This document shows positions 59,347-64,000 of a stretch of DNA of 64,000 bases, piece after piece. The DNA is from Candidatus Falkowbacteria bacterium (GTDB lineage Bacteria > Patescibacteriota > Patescibacteriia > UBA11705 > JACRDX01). A program made the translations under genes and the position numbers. Each line of letters opens with the position of its first letter. Position 1 is the first letter of the stretch. The DNA is taken from positions 7,917 to 71,916 of the forward strand of contig JAZDOE010000003.1 of the NCBI GenBank assembly GCA_043798985.1, in the 5' to 3' direction. The notes under the pieces are model-generated. The model worked only from the letters and a program-made list of their open reading frames with translations, was not told the origin of the DNA and did not search any database.

Positions 59347-60720
59347 TTATTCTTTATATTGTTTTTCCAGACTTTTGAACGATGCTTTTGGTTCGTCAAA
59401 AAATAATTTTATGAGGCCTGTCGGACCATTGCGATGTTTCGCAATGTGAACCTCTGCGGTGTACCTGTCTTCTGGCGTCAAATCTTCGGGTCGGTAATTT
59501 CTGTCAGCTGATTTGCGGTAAATGAAAAGCACAATGTCAGCGTCTTGCTCAATTGAGCCGGATTCGCGGAGATGCGCTAATTTTGGAATTGCCGGTTTGC
59601 TCATTTCAACTGCGCGAGACAACTGTGAAAGCGCGAGAACAGGAATATCCAACTCGCGCGCGATTTGTTTGAGAGAGCGTGTAATTTCAGCGACTTCTTG
59701 CACGCGATTTTCAGAATAGCCGCTTGATTCCATCAGTTGTAAATAATCAATTACAATTAATCCAAGCCCATGTTCGGCTTTTAAACGTCTGGCTTTGGTT
59801 TTGATTTCCATCACGTTGATTGCCGCTGAATCATCAATAAAAATCGGCGATTCTGCCAAAACGCCCATTGCGCGTCCAATGCGCGGGAAATCGCTATCCT
59901 CTTCTTTGTCTGACAACCGTCCAGTTCGCATTTTCCAAAGATCCACATTTGCTTCAGAACAAAGCAAGCGATCAACAAGCTGTTCTTTGCTCATTTCCAA
60001 ACTGAAAAGTCCGACAGGAATTTTTGTTTTAGTGGCAACGTTTTTTGCGATGTCCAACGCGAGCGAGGTTTTACCAACGGACGGTCGCGCGGCGAGAATT
60101 ATTAAATCTGATTTTTGTAAACCGGCGAGAATATTGTCCAAATCCTTGAAGCCGGTTGGTACGCCGCGCAATTTTGCTCCGCCTTGATGCAATTCGTCAA
60201 TTCTATCAAACGCTTCCGACAAAATATTTTTTATCGGAATAAAAATATTTTTTAATTTGTCTTTTGCCACGTCAAAAAGTTTTCGCTCCGCGCGATCCAG
60301 CAATTTTTCAACATGTTCTTCTTTTTCGTCCAAGGACAATTCGGCAATGTCATTTGCCGCTTCAAACAATCTGCGACGCAATGCTTTTTGATGAAGTATT
60401 TTCGCGTAATTCGCAACGTGAGTAGAGGTCGGAACTATTTGCGAAAGTTGAACAAGGTAGCTGCGGCCGCCGACTTTTTCCAATTGATCTCTTTCGGATA
60501 GTAAATTGGTTAGTGTCAAAAAATCAATGGGCTCGTTTTTGCGGTAAAGCTCAACCATTGCGTCGTAAATTAAGCCATGCGCGGCGCGATAAAAATCCGA
60601 AGCAGTGATAGCGTCCGCGATTTTAATAAAAGCGTTCGGGTCAATCAAAATAGAACCGAGCAAAGATTGCTCCGCTTCAATGTTGTGCGGTAAAATTCTA
60701 AAATTTTGATCCTCTGCCAT
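59347..60720 (-). CDS. dnaB: replicative DNA helicase DnaB
   Basis: 'ILAARPSVGKTSLALDIA' Walker A, 'LIVIDYLQLM', 'IAKHRNGPTG'. Confidence 0.9.
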   Translation of the reverse strand: MAEDQNFRILPHNIEAEQSLLGSILIDPNAFIKIADAITASDFYRAAHGLIYDAMVELYRKNEPIDFLTLTNLLSERDQLEKVGGRSYLVQLSQIVPTSTHVANYAKILHQKALRRRLFEAANDIAELSLDEKEEHVEKLLDRAERKLFDVAKDKLKNIFIPIKNILSEAFDRIDELHQGGAKLRGVPTGFKDLDNILAGLQKSDLIILAARPSVGKTSLALDIAKNVATKTKIPVGLFSLEMSKEQLVDRLLCSEANVDLWKMRTGRLSDKEEDSDFPRIGRAMGVLAESPIFIDDSAAINVMEIKTKARRLKAEHGLGLIVIDYLQLMESSGYSENRVQEVAEITRSLKQIARELDIPVLALSQLSRAVEMSKPAIPKLAHLRESGSIEQDADIVLFIYRKSADRNYRPEDLTPEDRYTAEVHIAKHRNGPTGLIKLFFDEPKASFKSLEKQYKE

Positions 60721-60731
60721 ATCGCTTTATG

Positions 60732-61553
60732 TTACTTGTTTTTGCTCGAAAGCGCAAGCCCCGTTGCTGGCGTGGCGAGCAGATTTTTCAACAGCATTGC
60801 GATTGTCATCGGACCAACTCCGCCCGGAACGGGCGACAACCAGCTGGCAATGTTTTCTACGCTTTGCGCGTCAACGTCGCCAATTGTTTTGTCGTCCGGC
60901 GTTTTGTTTATTCCAACGTCAATGATAATAGTACCCGGTTTAATCTTATCCGCTGTAATTGTGTTAATTTTGCCAACGCACACAACAAGCACGTCTGCGG
61001 TTTTTGTTATTTTTTGCCAGTCGGGTAATGTTGGCGCCGCGTATTCAACGGTATTTGTTGGAAATAAAGTTTTTAAAGATTCGTAAATCGCAGGATGATT
61101 GGCAAGGACAACAATCTTCTTGCTGGATAGTTGTTCGCCCGTGCTTTTGATCAGTTCAGCAATGCTTTGCGCGAGCGGTGAAACAACTAGCGGAGTTGAC
61201 GTGAGCGCGTCAATATCTTTTGCCGGCAAAATCGCGTTCAATATTTTTGTTTGGTCAAATCCATTTGGCAATGGCAGTTGAACAAGAATTCCAGTGACAT
61301 CTTTGTCGTCGTTTAAAAAATTAATCGCTTCAATGATTTTGTCCTGCGCTGTGTCGTCTGAAAAAAGATATACGTGGCAATCAATGCCCAGTTTGTCGCA
61401 GGTTTTGTGTTTTAGTTTAACGTAAAGTTTTGACGCTGGGTCATTGCCAATAAGAATAATCGCCAAGCTTGGTTTTTTGTCATTTTGTTCAATCTGGTTT
61501 TTTACGTCGGCTAGAATTTTGTCGGCCAGTTCTTTGCCATTGATTAGATTCAT
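60732..61553 (-). CDS. folD: bifunctional methylenetetrahydrofolate dehydrogenase/cyclohydrolase FolD
   Basis: 'SKLYVKLKHKTCDKLGI', 'PVPGGVGPMTIAMLLKN'. Confidence 0.9.
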   Translation of the reverse strand: MNLINGKELADKILADVKNQIEQNDKKPSLAIILIGNDPASKLYVKLKHKTCDKLGIDCHVYLFSDDTAQDKIIEAINFLNDDKDVTGILVQLPLPNGFDQTKILNAILPAKDIDALTSTPLVVSPLAQSIAELIKSTGEQLSSKKIVVLANHPAIYESLKTLFPTNTVEYAAPTLPDWQKITKTADVLVVCVGKINTITADKIKPGTIIIDVGINKTPDDKTIGDVDAQSVENIASWLSPVPGGVGPMTIAMLLKNLLATPATGLALSSKNK

Positions 61554-61608
61554 AGGAGAGTAGCTTGCCCCAAAGGGGCCCCTTCGGGGTAGCAGGGTAG
61601 CTTGTAGG

Positions 61609-62835
61609 TTAGTAAGGAAGTGGAAATTTTTCGGTTAGGTTTTCAACTTGTTTCAATGTTTGATCTTTAACTTGTTTGTCTGTTGGCGACGATAAACAAT
61701 CGCTTATCATTTTGCCGACCAGCGCGAATTCTTCTTCCTTAAATCCGCGGGTTGTCATTGCTGGCGTGCCAAGTCTGATGCCAGACGGGTCAAGCGGCTG
61801 GCGTGGATCATCTGGAATCATGTTTTTGTTGCAAATGATATTGACGTCCTCCAGCGCGGTCTGCGCTTCGTTGCCAGAAATATTTTTACTGCGCAAGTCA
61901 ATTAACAACAAGTGGTTTTCCGTTGTGCCAAAAGCAATGGTAAAGCCGTTTTCTTTCAAAACATTTTCCAATGCTTTGGCGTTTTTCAAAATTTGCTCGG
62001 CGTATTGTTTGAATTCTGGTTGTAGCGCCTCGCCAAACGCGACCGCTTTCGCGGCAATATTATGTTCATGCGGCCCGCCTTGTAGCCCGGGGAAAACGGC
62101 CTTATCTATTTTTTCAGCCAAAACTTTTTTGCATAAGATAAGGCCGCCTCGCGGGCCGCGCAATGTTTTATGAGTTGTTGTTGTCACTACGTCAAAGAGT
62201 GGAACCGGATTTTCCAAAACATTGGCAGCAATAAGTCCGGCGATATGCGCGATGTCAGCCATTGTGTACGCGTTAACTTCATCCGCGATTTGTTTTATTT
62301 TTTTATAATCTATTGAACGAGAGTACGCGGAAAAACCCACGAGAATCAGTCGCGGTTTGTACTTTAATGCCATTTCTCGTAGCTGTGCGTAATCAATTTT
62401 TCCGTTTGGCAACGTTTTATAGCGAATAAAGTTGAAAATTTTCGCGATTTTTGTCACAGGATGTCCGTGCGTCAAATGTCCGCCGTGGCTCAAATCCATT
62501 CCCAAAATTGTTTCGCCGGGTTTAAGCAACGCAAAATAAGCGGCAATGTTTGCTTGCGCGCCGGACAGCGGTTGAACGTTGGCATGCTCTGCGTTAAACA
62601 ATTGTTTCGCGCGATCAATGGCCGTTTGCTCAACAATATCAACGTTCGCTGTGCCGCCATAATAACGTTTTCCCGGATAACCTTCTGCGTATTTGTTTGT
62701 CAAAACACTGCCCAGCGCTTCCAAAACCGCGGGTGAAACATAATTTTCCGACGGGATTAATTCTATCGTGTTTTTTTGACGCGTTAATTCTTTTTGAATC
62801 GCGTCGTAAATTATTGGATCTTGTTTTTTTAACAT
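61609..62835 (-). CDS. glyA: serine hydroxymethyltransferase
   Basis: 'VVTTTTHKTLRGPRGG' PLP-Lys motif, 408 aa. Confidence 0.9.
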   Translation of the reverse strand: MLKKQDPIIYDAIQKELTRQKNTIELIPSENYVSPAVLEALGSVLTNKYAEGYPGKRYYGGTANVDIVEQTAIDRAKQLFNAEHANVQPLSGAQANIAAYFALLKPGETILGMDLSHGGHLTHGHPVTKIAKIFNFIRYKTLPNGKIDYAQLREMALKYKPRLILVGFSAYSRSIDYKKIKQIADEVNAYTMADIAHIAGLIAANVLENPVPLFDVVTTTTHKTLRGPRGGLILCKKVLAEKIDKAVFPGLQGGPHEHNIAAKAVAFGEALQPEFKQYAEQILKNAKALENVLKENGFTIAFGTTENHLLLIDLRSKNISGNEAQTALEDVNIICNKNMIPDDPRQPLDPSGIRLGTPAMTTRGFKEEEFALVGKMISDCLSSPTDKQVKDQTLKQVENLTEKFPLPY

Positions 62836-62836
62836 A

Positions 62837-63943
62837 TTATGGAGTTAGCGTTATTTCATTGCTATAAATTCCGCAGTTGTCGCCCTGTTTCAAACAAATT
62901 CTGACGTAATAAGTGTTTTTTTCCAATCCTTTCCACGTGTCTGCTTTTGCGCTGCCGGAAACAATGTGACTTGGCGCTGTTGGAAATGTGACATCCGGAT
63001 TTTTGCCAACCAACGTGATAAAAGCGGCCGGATTGTTAATCCCGCTTGTTGTCCATTCTAGTTTTATTGAATCGTTTTCTTGTTTCGCGGTTAATGTGAT
63101 TTTCGCGTCAGGTTCAATCGTTTCTTTTGTGGATGGTTGGTCAACTGGGGTGTCCAATAACTCGCTAAGCATTCCGAGAAAAAAATTGTTTTGTTTGTCC
63201 AAATCTTTGTTCCAAGTAAACCACGTGTCATTTAACAAATCATTTTGCGTAAGCGGTTTTTTCTGAATCATTTTTTCTTTTTCAAGAGAAGGATTAATCG
63301 TGGCTTTTTCTCCTTGGTCAACAGTGTCAATGTTCAAAAGTGAATTGTCAGTCGCGTTATAAATTTTTATTTTTGTTTCGTTCGCAATGGCGGAAATTTC
63401 AACCGTCTGGCCAAGAATTGAAACGTCAAATGCCGTGCCAAGCGCGATTAATTCGGTTTTGCCGTGCAAAACTTTGTAAATAATGGGGGTGTTGTCATTG
63501 ACGCGATGAAAAGCATGACCATAAGTTTGCTCTATCGTGACGTCAGAAAGTGAAAGTTGCTTCAAAAATATTTCAGTGTTTGCGTCCATGCGCACAAAGC
63601 TTTTGTCAGGAAGCTGGATTACAGATTTGGTCGCGCCGTTTGTCCTGACTGTGTCGCCTTGTTTTATTTCGTAATTAAGATTAAGCGGTTCCCAATTTGT
63701 TGCGCCAAAAGTTTTTATTTCAGCTGTTCCTTCCAAAAACACAAGCTGAGCGGTTGGCAGATTTTGCGCGGGTTGAATCGCTTGCCCCGCCGTAGGATTT
63801 GCCAGAGGCAAGGGGATTTTTTTAATTGACCAGTAAACAAAAGCACTGGCGAAAATAATCAAAAAAATTAAAAATTTAAAACCGCGCGTTTTGTAAAACG
63901 GTCGGCGATAATAATTTGAAGTGCGCGAATGACGAGAAATCAT
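62837..63943 (-). CDS. hypothetical secreted protein (FecR-like beta domain then Fn3-like C-terminus), N-terminal TM
   Basis: ORF; weak resemblance 'GTAEIKTFGATNWEPL...GDTVRTNGATKSVIQLPDKSFVRMDANTEIFL'. Confidence 0.3.
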   Translation of the reverse strand: MISRHSRTSNYYRRPFYKTRGFKFLIFLIIFASAFVYWSIKKIPLPLANPTAGQAIQPAQNLPTAQLVFLEGTAEIKTFGATNWEPLNLNYEIKQGDTVRTNGATKSVIQLPDKSFVRMDANTEIFLKQLSLSDVTIEQTYGHAFHRVNDNTPIIYKVLHGKTELIALGTAFDVSILGQTVEISAIANETKIKIYNATDNSLLNIDTVDQGEKATINPSLEKEKMIQKKPLTQNDLLNDTWFTWNKDLDKQNNFFLGMLSELLDTPVDQPSTKETIEPDAKITLTAKQENDSIKLEWTTSGINNPAAFITLVGKNPDVTFPTAPSHIVSGSAKADTWKGLEKNTYYVRICLKQGDNCGIYSNEITLTP

Positions 63944-64000
63944 ATTTGTTTTACCATGTATGTTCCTTTGATGCGGTAGCCGAGCTTTTTGTAATATTCC

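Overview
The window is a low-GC (~35-40%) bacterial backbone, probably a CPR/Patescibacteria-type lineage, with a compact chromosome. Recognisable backbone genes: a VirB4-like T4SS ATPase, comFC, murG, ftsE/ftsX, recG, radA, htpX/lemA, rseP, a type IV pilus module (prepilin peptidase, three pilins and a pilus-associated gene), ligA, gatCA, queH, uvrD/pcrA, a ClpB-like chaperone, rplU, recR, dnaB, folD and glyA. There are four tRNAs (Thr, Ser, Arg, Trp) and three '23S-IVS four-helix-bundle' genes. Interspersed are about eleven high-GC (~55-60%) self-contained cassettes, each with its own sigma70-like promoter, strong RBS and GC hairpin. The most notable is a tandem cassette array at 38.9-42.4 kb: two identical 26-bp GTAGAGAC...GTCTCTAC palindromes, a duplicated leader, a Cys-rich unknown protein, a TrpS paralog and an MfnA/tyrosine-decarboxylase-like PLP enzyme. 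A split hisC-like aminotransferase, an EamA exporter, a GNAT, a HAD hydrolase and tRNA-Trp lie nearby. Several repeat families are also visible. Conserved ~130-bp AT-rich leader modules carry an AATGTTTAAAACATT palindrome directly upstream of unrelated genes. A 'gtagcttgtagctggtagc' family occurs in six copies and inverted repeats flank the four-helix-bundle genes. A 90-nt multi-hairpin element is present. Tiny GC-rich hairpins (CCCCGCC-N2-3-GGCGGGG) sit in-frame inside recG, uvrD, ligA, the M20 peptidase and gatC. A 22-bp GC repeat is shared in different frames by recG and the clpB-like gene. A paralogous VirB2-like N-terminal membrane module is fused to three different peptidoglycan hydrolases at 17.1-20.2 kb. 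No CRISPR array, transposase or integrase was seen.
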